A stretch of 64,000 nucleotides of DNA, taken from Ignavibacteriales bacterium. Its GTDB lineage: Bacteria > Bacteroidota > Ignavibacteria > UBA10030 > UBA6906. A model generated the notes under the pieces. That model was not told where the DNA came from. It worked only from the letters and a program-made list of their open reading frames with translations, and made no database searches. The position numbers and the translations under genes were made by a program. Shown piece after piece: positions 46,886 to 56,047 of this stretch. Each line of letters opens with the position of its first letter. Position 1 is the first letter of the stretch. The stretch covers positions 10,699 through 74,698 of the forward strand of contig JBBIRR010000017.1 of NCBI GenBank assembly GCA_037441705.1. The letters run 5' to 3'.

Positions 46886-47968
46886 ATGATAGCACAATCC
46901 GACTTCCCCCTCATAGAGATGCACCGAACCCAGGCACGCTGCGTAGGGCTCTACTGCGGAGTGGAGGCGCCGCTGCTGTTCAGCAGCCTCGAGGACGAAT
47001 TCGATGCCGCTTGTTCGCGCGTTGCACTGATTGACCGCTCATGGGTTGGCAAGATTGCGTTGCATGGCACCGATAGCCTCGACTTGCTCCATCGTTTATC
47101 AACCAATGATCTCCTTCGTGCAGAGGCAGGCGACACCGTTCCCACAGTTCTGCTGACGGAAAAAGGGAGGATTATTGATTACGTTCACGTTCTTGTGGCA
47201 CGGTCATCTCCGTTTCTTCTCGTCTCGCCCACAAATGAGGATCGTCTCGAGCGCTGGATCGAGAAGTACACAATTATGGAAGACGTCCGCACAGAAAGAC
47301 AAACGTCCAACTTCTCTCTGCTGACACTGGTTGGTCCGCTTGCTCTCGCGGCAGCAGAGATGATATTCCAATGCTCGCTGCGGAGAAGCAAGGTGACGGA
47401 TATCCACCTGCCGTTTGCAGATGTCCGGATTCTTTCTCGACAGGAATTCTCTACCTCCTTGGTCGACATCCTCATTGACGCGCAGGACGCTACCGCTGTG
47501 TGGAACTACATAATGCGGCATCGCGAAGAAACCGGGCTTCAGCCCATGGGCTCACGTGCTTATGAAGCATTTCGTGTCTCGCGCGGCCTGCCCGCCGTGG
47601 GCGCGGAGCTATCGGAGAACTTCAATCCCTTCGAGGTCGGTTTGCACGATGCGATAAGCTTCACGAAAGGATGCTACATCGGTCAGGAAGTGATCGCCCG
47701 TCTCGACACATATCAGAAGGTGCAACGTGAGCCATGGGGGTTGGTGTTGGATGCCGACGGGCCGCTTCCTCTGTCGGGTGCAGTTGTGTTGCACGATGAG
47801 GAGGAAATAGGTGTCGTAACGAGTGTGAGCGAAGCGGTGATTCGTGGCAAGAGGTTGGCTATAGCAATTCTGAAGAAAAACCGTGTGTGTGCCGATGACC
47901 CTGTTAGGGTTATGGGCCCCGGAGGACGCTCGCACGCTGTGTGCAAGCCCTTTCCTGTTCTTGTGTAG
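46886..47968 (+). CDS. ygfZ: YgfZ/GcvT-family folate-binding protein
   Basis: G-D---LLHRLSTND, KGR, signature SFTKGCYIGQEVIAR; start uncertain. Confidence 0.85.
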   Translation: MIAQSDFPLIEMHRTQARCVGLYCGVEAPLLFSSLEDEFDAACSRVALIDRSWVGKIALHGTDSLDLLHRLSTNDLLRAEAGDTVPTVLLTEKGRIIDYVHVLVARSSPFLLVSPTNEDRLERWIEKYTIMEDVRTERQTSNFSLLTLVGPLALAAAEMIFQCSLRRSKVTDIHLPFADVRILSRQEFSTSLVDILIDAQDATAVWNYIMRHREETGLQPMGSRAYEAFRVSRGLPAVGAELSENFNPFEVGLHDAISFTKGCYIGQEVIARLDTYQKVQREPWGLVLDADGPLPLSGAVVLHDEEEIGVVTSVSEAVIRGKRLAIAILKKNRVCADDPVRVMGPGGRSHAVCKPFPVLV

Positions 47969-48007
47969 AGTCAATAATCGATCGCCGTTAATAACTGCAG
48001 AGAAGGC

Positions 48008-48859
48008 ATGAAGCTATCGTACTCTGTTGATGATGTTGCGCGGTGGAGAGACAGGACGTACCGCCGGGCCGCGAGGTACGCGGTCACGAACGCGCGACAG
48101 GCCCTTGCTTTTGTGAACAGCGTCGGATTCTGTCTCGCGTCACGAGCGAATGGATTGGAATTGCCGAATCTCTGGGAGGCCATTGCTGGAGCACAGCGCG
48201 ACGGAGACACGACCTCTCCGCGGAAATATTATCTCTCCTATGCCTGGGACCTTCACAGCATTCTCCCCAATCACAATTCTGTGTACTACGGGAGAATCTT
48301 TCGCAGGCGGCCAACGATTGTCTCGCGCGAGTATTTTCCGTACTTCTATGCACTTTCGCAGCGCGTCGGGACGAAGGATGAGTACCTTTCGGAATTCCAT
48401 CAAGGGAAACTCAGTCTCCGGGCAAAACAGATCATGGATATTCTGACGCGCCACGCACCGCTCACGACAAAGGAGCTTCGTGAGAGTCTCTCCGGCGGCG
48501 GAAGGCGTACTGTCCGCGGCGTCGAACGGGCGTTGGAAGAGCTTCAGCGCAAGATGTTCGTCTGCCGACTCGTAGGAAACGGTCAACGGTTCGGTGCGGA
48601 GTGGGCACCGCTCGTCAAGTTCTTCCGAAAGGAAATACGGAAAGCCGGCAAGATTAGTCCGGATCAAGCTCGATGCAAGCTGCTGGCGAAGTACTTCAGC
48701 ACGCAGCTCGTGAGTTCTGTCGAAACAATTCATAAGGTTTTTGGATGGTCGAAGAAAGACATTTACCACACGGTGGGCAGGCTCGTCAACGAAGGAGTTA
48801 TAACCACGTGCACGGATTTTGACGGCAAGAAGGGAGCGTGGTATTGCTTCATCCGATAG
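48008..48859 (+). CDS. AlkZ/YcaQ-related winged-helix DNA-binding (putative glycosylase-like) protein
   Basis: A--FV--VGF, P-LW, YYG--F---PT-VS---FPYFY, P--T-ELR and AL-ELQ patterns; basic protein. Confidence 0.55.
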   Translation: MKLSYSVDDVARWRDRTYRRAARYAVTNARQALAFVNSVGFCLASRANGLELPNLWEAIAGAQRDGDTTSPRKYYLSYAWDLHSILPNHNSVYYGRIFRRRPTIVSREYFPYFYALSQRVGTKDEYLSEFHQGKLSLRAKQIMDILTRHAPLTTKELRESLSGGGRRTVRGVERALEELQRKMFVCRLVGNGQRFGAEWAPLVKFFRKEIRKAGKISPDQARCKLLAKYFSTQLVSSVETIHKVFGWSKKDIYHTVGRLVNEGVITTCTDFDGKKGAWYCFIR

Positions 48860-48884
48860 AACTTCTCTTTTCGACTTCGAGATC

Positions 48885-49715
48885 ATGAAGAAAATGCAAA
48901 CGAAGCCACCGAAGGCGTACAAGAACGCGGAGTTTCTGAACAGTCCTGATGCACGCATCGTTCGCATCATGGCGGAATTTCTGGAGCCGCAGGCACGATT
49001 CCGCGCCGAGAACATCAAGGATACGATCGTCTTCTTTGGCTCGGCACGCATCGAGGAGCGAAAGCATGCTCTTGCCCGTCTGAAGAACGTGGAAGCAGCG
49101 CTTGCCAAAACGCGCAGACCGACGAAGGGACTCCTGCTCGAATATCGTGCGGCGCAGACGGCGCTGGAAATGTCGAAGTACTACGATGACTGCGTCGAGC
49201 TATCCCGCCGCATTACCGCGTGGTCGAAGAAACTGAACCACTCGAACCGCTTTGTTGTGTGTTCGGGCGGTGGGCCCGGCATTATGGAAGCGGCAAATCG
49301 CGGTGCCGCACTCGCCAAGGGAAAATCCATCGGCTTGAATATCAGCCTTCCGTTTGAGCAATTCGCCAATGGATACATCTCACCGAATCTCAACTTCGAG
49401 TTCCACTACTTCTTCATGCGGAAGTTTTGGTTTGCTTATCTTGCGAAAGCGCTGGTCGTCTTCCCGGGCGGCTTCGGCACGATGGACGAGCTATTCGAAA
49501 TTCTCACGCTGCTGCAGACAGATAAGATCAAGAAGAAAATGACGGTGGTGATCTACGGCTCGGAATATTGGAAAAAGGTCATCAACTTCGACGAGATCGT
49601 TCGGATGGGAATGGCGTCGAAGGAAGATCTCTCGCTCTTTCGCTTTTGCGACGATCCTCGCGAAGCCTTCGAGTACCTGAAGGAATCCTTGATGAAGAAC
49701 TATCCCACGGCATAG
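48885..49715 (+). CDS. LOG family (TIGR00730) nucleotide phosphoribohydrolase
   Basis: FFGSAR, GGGPGIMEAANRGA, LPFEQ--N, FF-RK, PGGFGTMDE. Confidence 0.92.
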   Translation: MKKMQTKPPKAYKNAEFLNSPDARIVRIMAEFLEPQARFRAENIKDTIVFFGSARIEERKHALARLKNVEAALAKTRRPTKGLLLEYRAAQTALEMSKYYDDCVELSRRITAWSKKLNHSNRFVVCSGGGPGIMEAANRGAALAKGKSIGLNISLPFEQFANGYISPNLNFEFHYFFMRKFWFAYLAKALVVFPGGFGTMDELFEILTLLQTDKIKKKMTVVIYGSEYWKKVINFDEIVRMGMASKEDLSLFRFCDDPREAFEYLKESLMKNYPTA

Positions 49716-49731
49716 CGGTTCGTGCCGCCTG

Positions 49732-49760
49732 TTGCATTTCCCGCAGTGAACATGTAGATT
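49732..49760 (+). promoter_or_regulatory. Putative sigma70 promoter of ssrA
   Basis: TTGCAT-N17-TAGATT, ending 6 nt before the mature tmRNA 5' end. Confidence 0.55.
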
Positions 49761-49766
49761 AATGCA

Positions 49767-50138
49767 GGGGATGACTTGGATTCGACGGGGAGTGAGATGG
49801 TCAAGAACGCATACCGTGCTCTCCGCGTTGCACGCAAATAAAGCGGAAAACCATAAGTGCCAACTACAACTACGCACTCGCTGCCTAATTGAACGGTAGC
49901 ACGTCTCCCGAGGCTTTGCCTGTCGGGACTCGGTGAGACGACGACTCAGGCAGGATAGCATCGCCCGGGACTCCAGCAGGCGATGCGAACCCCGTCGCAA
50001 GCGGGGAATCTGGAGGTGGTTGTGTCGAGATCCTGTTTGTCGGAGCCGGCACAACGAGATGTGAAAGACAAACTACGTATGTAGTGTTCTTGATGGTCTT
50101 CTCTTCGGACGCGGGTTCGACTCCCGCCATCTCCACCA
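49767..50138 (+). ncRNA. ssrA: tmRNA (SsrA), tag peptide (A)ANYNYALAA
   Basis: 5' GGGGATGACTTGGATTCGAC; resume context ATAAGT-GCC; tag ORF 49859-49888; 3' GACGCGGGTTCGACTCCCGCCATCTCCACCA with G3-U pair and encoded CCA. Confidence 0.96.
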
Positions 50139-50179
50139 AACGCTCCTGCCACGTATCGACAGGGGCGTTTCCGTTTTTT
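50138..50179 (+). terminator. Intrinsic terminator after ssrA
   Basis: AAACGCTCCTG...CAGGGGCGTTT stem followed by CCGTTTTTT. Confidence 0.65.
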
Positions 50180-50221
50180 GGCATCTTGCAACTCAACACG
50201 AAAGTGGTTATTTACCGTGCA

Positions 50222-51100
50222 ATGAAAATCCGTCTGCCCTTCACGAAAATGTCCGGCGCAGGGAACGATTTCGTCGTAATCGACAACATGAGCGGCGATA
50301 TCCGGTGCCGTCAGCGCGGCCTCGCTGTCGCACTCTGCGCCCAGCACACCGGAATCGGTGCAGACGGGTTATTGGTTCTCGAGCGCAGCGCAAATGCCGA
50401 TTTCTTCATGGCATACTACAACGCGGATGGAAGCTACGGCGGCATGTGCGGCAACGGGGGTCGCTGTGCAGCGCGCTACGCGTACGTGTCGGGTATTTCG
50501 CCTGCGCGCATGACATTCGAAGCTCTCGACCACGTTTATGCGGCCGAAATCGTTGGCGACGCAGTGAAACTTCAGATGAAGAATCCCACACGACATCAGC
50601 CGGATATCCGCGTCCGGCCCGGCACAGTGACCCTCGAAGGCGATTTTATCGACACAGGTTCACCCCACTTCGTAACCGAACAACAGGGACTCGATCACGT
50701 TGATGTCATGTCCATCGGTCGTCTGATTCGTTTCGACCCAACATTTGCCCCCGATGGATGCAATGTCAATTTTGTTGAGCGCATAGGGGACAACGCGATC
50801 GCCATCCGCACGTACGAACGCGGCGTCGAGGCGGAGACGCTGGCGTGCGGCACCGGCTGCGTCGCGGCAGCACTTGTTGTGGCGCAGCGCTATCAGTTTT
50901 CCTCTCCCGTCGCTCTTCGTGTCCGGAGCGGCGAACAACTTCGTGTGCACTTTCGACGGGACGGAGAGCAATTCTCCGATATCGTTCTCGAAGGAAGCGC
51001 GCATTTTCTTTTTAGCGGCACGTTGCTCTATGATGCGGAAACGGAAACCATCATTGATTCTCCCGACGTCCTCTCCCACATGAATCAGATCCAACCTTGA
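50222..51100 (+). CDS. dapF: Diaminopimelate epimerase
   Basis: FTKMSGAGNDF, GIGADG, NADGS--MCGNG-RC, G-PH, NVNF, ERGVE-ETLACGTG; ATG at 50222. Confidence 0.96.
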   Translation: MKIRLPFTKMSGAGNDFVVIDNMSGDIRCRQRGLAVALCAQHTGIGADGLLVLERSANADFFMAYYNADGSYGGMCGNGGRCAARYAYVSGISPARMTFEALDHVYAAEIVGDAVKLQMKNPTRHQPDIRVRPGTVTLEGDFIDTGSPHFVTEQQGLDHVDVMSIGRLIRFDPTFAPDGCNVNFVERIGDNAIAIRTYERGVEAETLACGTGCVAAALVVAQRYQFSSPVALRVRSGEQLRVHFRRDGEQFSDIVLEGSAHFLFSGTLLYDAETETIIDSPDVLSHMNQIQP

Positions 51101-52029
51101 GTTTGTATTCTTTCATTATCAATCCCGTAGCAGGAAAAGGGAAGGGACGGAAGGCGGCGGAGTTTCTGAAGCACGAAATCGCTCGCCGATCACTGGATGC
51201 TGAAGTCTGCTTTACCAACAAACGCGACGATGCTCGCGTGCTTGCCGCGCAGGCGAGGGCCGGCGTCATCGTTGCCGTTGGGGGTGACGGAACCGTCAAC
51301 GAGGTGGTCAATGGGATTGTTGGGACAAACAAGGCGCTTGCTGTTGTGCCCAGCGGCTCGGGGAATGACCTTGTCAAATCCATCGGCGTCCCGGCGGATA
51401 TGTCCCGGGCGCTTGAGGTGTTGCGTGAGGGGCGTCGGGCGCTCATTGATGTTGCCGTCGTCCGATGTTCGTCATCCGACCATAGCGGCATTTCGGGCAA
51501 CTTGGACGAGCGGTATTTTGTTAATGGTGTAGGAATCGGCTTTGACGCTGCGGTGGCGGAACGCACGACCTCCATCAAGTATCTTGGCGGTTTTGCGCTG
51601 TACCTGATGGCTGTTCTTCAAACGCTTGGGCGGTATTCTGCGCCGACGTTTCGCATTCGACTCGATGCCGAAAGCATAGAACGGAAACAGCTGCTCATCG
51701 CAATCGGCAACGGACGATGCGCCGGCGGAGGTTTTTATTTAACGCCGCGCGCGGAGATTGATGACGGCGCGCTGGATGTCTGTTTGATTGATGACATGTC
51801 GATACCCTCCATTCTGAAGCTGATGCCGAAAGTGATGAAAGGCAAGCACGATAGATTTGCAGGCGTTCGATTGACGAGAACGGAGAGGATCTCCGTCGAA
51901 GCTTCGGAGGGGTTTTACGTTCATGCCGATGGAGAAATTGTTGGTCGCGGTGTTCATAACGTTGATGTCGAAATTCGGAAACGACTATTGCCGGTAATTG
52001 TCGGTGAGAAACTCAAGCATGGAACATAG
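51097..52029 (+). CDS. Diacylglycerol kinase family lipid kinase (YegS/DgkB-like)
   Basis: NP-AG, GGDGT-NEVVNG, P-GSGND, G-GFDA, N-R--GGG, DDG-LD, DGE. Confidence 0.92.
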   Translation: MSLYSFIINPVAGKGKGRKAAEFLKHEIARRSLDAEVCFTNKRDDARVLAAQARAGVIVAVGGDGTVNEVVNGIVGTNKALAVVPSGSGNDLVKSIGVPADMSRALEVLREGRRALIDVAVVRCSSSDHSGISGNLDERYFVNGVGIGFDAAVAERTTSIKYLGGFALYLMAVLQTLGRYSAPTFRIRLDAESIERKQLLIAIGNGRCAGGGFYLTPRAEIDDGALDVCLIDDMSIPSILKLMPKVMKGKHDRFAGVRLTRTERISVEASEGFYVHADGEIVGRGVHNVDVEIRKRLLPVIVGEKLKHGT

Positions 52030-52468
52030 AGAGCAACGAAGCCAGAGGAGGGACTTCCTCTCCAAGCTTCTCGGGGCATGGAGTCTTCTTGTGGTTGCAC
52101 CGGTTGCAAAAGTCATTCTCGAATACATAACGCCGCGCGCGCTTTCAGAGACGCGCCGTGAGACCGTTCGTGTCGCTTCCACCGAAGACCTTGCTCTGAA
52201 CACGGCACGCATCTTCAAGGTCGGCAAAGATCCGGTAATTATCGTTCATACGGCGAGCGGCCAATACAAAGCCTTCAATGCCCGCTGTACCCATCTGGGC
52301 TGCGTTGTACAGTACACAACGGAGGACGGACCGCCGCATTTTGGCTGCAACTGCCATGGCAGTCAGTTCGACATCAATGGAAAAAACATCGTCGGTCCGG
52401 CCTCACGACCGCTCGTACCGTACAAAGTTATCGTTCGAGAATCTTCCATTCTCGTTGCCAAAACCTGA
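52019..52468 (+). CDS. Rieske 2Fe-2S subunit of a Rieske/cytochrome b complex
   Basis: Tat motif RRDFL plus TM anchor; CTHLGC and CNCHGSQF boxes; GP--RPL. Confidence 0.9.
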   Translation: MEHREQRSQRRDFLSKLLGAWSLLVVAPVAKVILEYITPRALSETRRETVRVASTEDLALNTARIFKVGKDPVIIVHTASGQYKAFNARCTHLGCVVQYTTEDGPPHFGCNCHGSQFDINGKNIVGPASRPLVPYKVIVRESSILVAKT

Positions 52469-52477
52469 TGGGCGTTC

Positions 52478-53554
52478 ATGCAGACTCTGCAGCAATCTCA
52501 ACGGAGAATTTACGCCTGGCTTGACGAGCGCCTTCCGGTGCGAGCTGTTATCGAGTTTATGTCTCGTAAAACAGTTCCACGTCACAAGCATTCGTTCTGG
52601 TACTTCTTTGGCGGCTTGACGCTATTCTTCTTCTGTGTGCAAATCATCACCGGCATCCTCCTTGCGCTGTATTACAAGCCCACCCCCGAACTTGCGCACG
52701 AAAGCGTCCGAAAGATCATCACCGAAGTACCCCACGGTTGGTTGATACGATCAATTCACAGTTGGTCTGCGAACCTGATGGTGGCGTCCTTGTTTATTCA
52801 CATGTTCAGCGTGTTTCTTATGAGGGCGTACAGGAAGCCGCGCGAGCTGTTGTGGGTCTCCGGCGTACTCCTGATGTTTCTCGTGTTCGGGTTCTGCTTC
52901 ACCGGGTATCTGCTGCCGTGGGATACGACCGCATACTTTGCCACGCTCATAGGCACGGAAGTGCCAAGGACACTTCCGATCATTGGCGATTGGGGCGTGA
53001 GCTTGCTTAAAGGGGAAGAAGAAGTCGGCGCCGAAACGCTCTCTCGCATGTTTACGATTCATGTTACCATCTTGCCCCTCACTGCATTATTGGTGGTTTG
53101 CTTTCATCTCCTCCTCAGTCAGCTTCTCGGTTCGAGCGTCCCCATTGGCGCTGCCGAAAGGAAGCCGGCCATTCCATTTTTCCCGAACTTCGCGCTGCGC
53201 GACTCCATCGCATGGACAATCGGCGCCCTGGTGTTGTTCATCCTTGCAGTTATGAAGCCGTGGGAGCTTGGACCCGTGGCCGACCCCTATGCCTCTGCCC
53301 CTGCAGGCATCAAACCGGAATGGTACTTTCTGCCTCTGTATCAATCTCTGAGAATGGCGCCCGCGACACTTCTGGGAGTGAGCGGCGAACTCATCGTTAA
53401 CCTGCTCGTGGTTGTGCTGAGTGCCGCATGGTTTCTCGTTCCGTTCTTGGCAGCAAAAGCGAACACGCAACGCGGCTCCAGACTGTTCACCGTATTCGGC
53501 ATCTGTCTGATACTGTATCTGTGCATGACAATCCTACTTGCGTACACGACATGA
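52478..53554 (+). CDS. Cytochrome b (unsplit b6+subunit IV type) of a Rieske/cytb complex
   Basis: Four heme His (RSIH...IH, TIH...FH), R-PREL-W-SG, TGYLLPWD, Qo motif KPEWYF, LVPF. Confidence 0.93.
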   Translation: MQTLQQSQRRIYAWLDERLPVRAVIEFMSRKTVPRHKHSFWYFFGGLTLFFFCVQIITGILLALYYKPTPELAHESVRKIITEVPHGWLIRSIHSWSANLMVASLFIHMFSVFLMRAYRKPRELLWVSGVLLMFLVFGFCFTGYLLPWDTTAYFATLIGTEVPRTLPIIGDWGVSLLKGEEEVGAETLSRMFTIHVTILPLTALLVVCFHLLLSQLLGSSVPIGAAERKPAIPFFPNFALRDSIAWTIGALVLFILAVMKPWELGPVADPYASAPAGIKPEWYFLPLYQSLRMAPATLLGVSGELIVNLLVVVLSAAWFLVPFLAAKANTQRGSRLFTVFGICLILYLCMTILLAYTT

Positions 53555-53811
53555 AAGTGAGACTCCTTCGCTCAGTTCTGTTGGTAGCAGTAGCGATGTT
53601 GATGTCGTATCTGCTTATCGCCCAGCAAGCTGACACGACGGGCACGTCCCGTCCCCGCCAGGAAGTTGTTCAACCGAACAAGGAAGTTTTTTTTCCGGAT
53701 GTGACGACCCGACTGATGATTGCCGGGGCGGGGGTTTTTGTGTTGGGTGGGATGGCCTTGTTCCTGAATGCAAAAAGAAAACAGCTCGACAAAGAGGCGG
53801 GAATACAGTAG
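53551..53811 (+). CDS. Small membrane protein (86 aa) coupled to cytochrome b
   Basis: ATGA overlap with the cytb stop; signal peptide, short polar segment, C-terminal TM plus basic tail; no CxxCH. Confidence 0.65.
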   Translation: MKVRLLRSVLLVAVAMLMSYLLIAQQADTTGTSRPRQEVVQPNKEVFFPDVTTRLMIAGAGVFVLGGMALFLNAKRKQLDKEAGIQ

Positions 53812-53831
53812 CCGTGCTCAGCGCGGTCGAC

Positions 53832-54659
53832 TTACCGTCTCCCTTCAGAATTGTGCTCGCCAATCTCCATGATGATCGCCGTCAGGAGGCGGGCAAACGT
53901 TTGCCGTACACGCCTGCCGACTTCCGTTACTTCTTCGTGACTCAATCTGCTGCCTGAAATTCCCGTTGCGAGATTGGTAATGCATGAAATCCCAAGCACG
54001 CGCATGCCGAGCGATGCCGCAAGTGAAGTTTCAAACACGGTCGACATCCCGACCGCGTCGGCACCGAGACGGTGTAGCATTTCGATTTCGGCAGCAGTCT
54101 CGTAGCTTGGCCCTTTCAGTCCAGCGTACACGCCTCTGCGAATGGCAATACGGTTTGCGACGGCAACGTCTTCAGCCAATGTAATGAGTGAGTGTGTGTA
54201 AATGCTGCGAGCGGCTGAGCGCTCGGCCTGATTACCAACGAACCGGGCAAACGTGAGATTGATATGGTCGGTAATGATCATCAGGTCGCCGGCGTTGAAT
54301 GTTCTGTTGATGCCGCCCGCCGCGTTGGTCACGATGAGTAACTCTATGCCGAGATCGTGCGCAAGGTATATCGGGTAGAGGACCGGCCCAAGATTGTTCG
54401 TCTCGTAGAAGTGAATACGTCCCTGAAATGCAAGTATAGGAACTCCATCGAGTGCGGCGAAGACAAGCTTTCCTTTGTGCCCCTCAACGCTCGAACGTGG
54501 GTAGTGGGGGATGTCCTCGGTCGAGATGGTGGTTCTTTCCGGCAGCGAATCCGCGAAATCGCCCAACCCTGAGCCGAGGATGATTGCGACGCGGGGCTTG
54601 AGCTTGGTGTGCTCCCGAATGAATTGAACAGACGCTGAGACCCGTGCTGGTTCTTTCAT
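53832..54659 (-). CDS. punA: Purine-nucleoside phosphorylase (trimeric type)
   Basis: ILGSGLG, V-GH-G, GR-H-YE, TNAAGG, DHIN, GPSYET-AE, VGMST, TN-A-G, H-EV; ATG at 54659 overlaps the nupC stop. Confidence 0.93.
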   Translation of the reverse strand: MKEPARVSASVQFIREHTKLKPRVAIILGSGLGDFADSLPERTTISTEDIPHYPRSSVEGHKGKLVFAALDGVPILAFQGRIHFYETNNLGPVLYPIYLAHDLGIELLIVTNAAGGINRTFNAGDLMIITDHINLTFARFVGNQAERSAARSIYTHSLITLAEDVAVANRIAIRRGVYAGLKGPSYETAAEIEMLHRLGADAVGMSTVFETSLAASLGMRVLGISCITNLATGISGSRLSHEEVTEVGRRVRQTFARLLTAIIMEIGEHNSEGRR

Positions 54660-56014
54660 GAGCCAAAGAACATTCCGGCAATGGTTGCTGTCATGAGATT
54701 GGCGAGCATCCCACCGAGCACAGCACGGAGGCCCAACGAAGCCAAATCCTTTCGTCGTTCTGGAGCCAACGGGCTTATACCTCCAATCTGTATTGCAATC
54801 GAAGAGAAGTTTGCAAAGCCGCACAGGGCGAATGTTGCCATCATAATAGCCTTATCTGAAACCATCTTACCGCTTGAAATCATTGAAGATAGGTCAAGAT
54901 ATCCGACAAACTCATTGAGGACTATTTTCGTTCCGATCAACGAGCCAACCTGCATGGCTTCCTGCCACGGCACACCGATGGCGACCGCCAGATACTGAAG
55001 GAGGAATCCGAACAGAAACTGAAGAGAAAGGTCTTGACCAAAATGATTTTGTAAGATCGCGTTCAATCCCGTTATGCTCCCCAAACCTCCGAGCAGATAG
55101 TTCATGAGAGCGATGAGGGCTATGAAGGCAAGCAGCATTGCGCCGACATTCAGCGCGAGGTGAAGTCCGTCTGCTGCTCCCGAGGCGGCCGCTTCAATAA
55201 TGTTCGCGGCGTTCTTCTCCACTTTCACTTTTACGGTTCCCTTTGTTTCAGAATCTTGTGTTTCAGGATAAATGATCTTTGCAATGGCAAGTCCTGCTGG
55301 TGCCGCCATGATACTCGCGCCAAGAAGCTGCGCTGCAAATTTCGCTTGCCCGGCGAGGACATCCATGCCGTGCGCCTGTGCATAGGAATACCCTAACATC
55401 TGCACGTATGCTGCCATCACGCCGCCTGCAATCGTAGCCATGCCTCCAACCATGATCGTCAGAAGTTCAGACTGTGTCATTCCTTTGATGAATGGCCGTA
55501 TCATGAGCGGCGCTTCGGTCTGGCCGACGAAAATGTTGGCGCTGTTCGAAAGCGACTCCGAGCCGCTGGTGCCCATCACCCGTGCCATAATCCAAGCCAT
55601 TGCTTGAACGACACGCTGCATAACGCCCAAATAATAAAGCACTGACATGAGCGATGCAAAGAAGATTATCGTAGGAAGAACCTGGAATGCGAAGAAGAAT
55701 CCCATGTTGCCCTCGTTGCCCGGGCTAACGGCAAGATTGCCGAACACGAACTTGGCACCTTCGGTGGTAAAGCCCAGAAGAATCACAAAGCCATAGCTGA
55801 CCTTTTCAAACAAAATCTTGGGCCAGCCGAGAGGAGAGAAGTAGACTGATAGTTCACGCCCTTTGAGGATCAAGATGGCAAAGACAATCTGCAAGGCGAA
55901 TCCGGAAAGCACCAACCTCCAATTGATGCTCCGCTTGTTGTTGGAGACAAGAAATGCGATGCCGACGAGAACGGCAAGTCCGACGATGCCGTTCACAAAA
56001 GACAAAATTGTCAT
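54656..56014 (-). CDS. nupC: Concentrative nucleoside transporter (NupC/CNT family)
   Basis: FAFQVLPTIIFF, NIFVGQTEAP, ATIAGGV, MAAP, NEFV-Y, CGFANFSS. Confidence 0.94.
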   Translation of the reverse strand: MTILSFVNGIVGLAVLVGIAFLVSNNKRSINWRLVLSGFALQIVFAILILKGRELSVYFSPLGWPKILFEKVSYGFVILLGFTTEGAKFVFGNLAVSPGNEGNMGFFFAFQVLPTIIFFASLMSVLYYLGVMQRVVQAMAWIMARVMGTSGSESLSNSANIFVGQTEAPLMIRPFIKGMTQSELLTIMVGGMATIAGGVMAAYVQMLGYSYAQAHGMDVLAGQAKFAAQLLGASIMAAPAGLAIAKIIYPETQDSETKGTVKVKVEKNAANIIEAAASGAADGLHLALNVGAMLLAFIALIALMNYLLGGLGSITGLNAILQNHFGQDLSLQFLFGFLLQYLAVAIGVPWQEAMQVGSLIGTKIVLNEFVGYLDLSSMISSGKMVSDKAIMMATFALCGFANFSSIAIQIGGISPLAPERRKDLASLGLRAVLGGMLANLMTATIAGMFFGS

Positions 56015-56047
56015 TGCTGTGAATTCTCCGATAAGTGTTGTGAAGAG

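Noticed and set aside
46751-50180. tRNA-Lys and tmRNA as integration sites for a genomic island
   Set aside because: No integrase and no duplicated 3' end seen; both genes are followed by terminators and housekeeping genes, so the sites appear empty.
50084-50221. N-terminal extension of DapF overlapping tmRNA
   Set aside because: It overlaps the tmRNA 3' end and terminator; DapF homology starts at ATG 50222.
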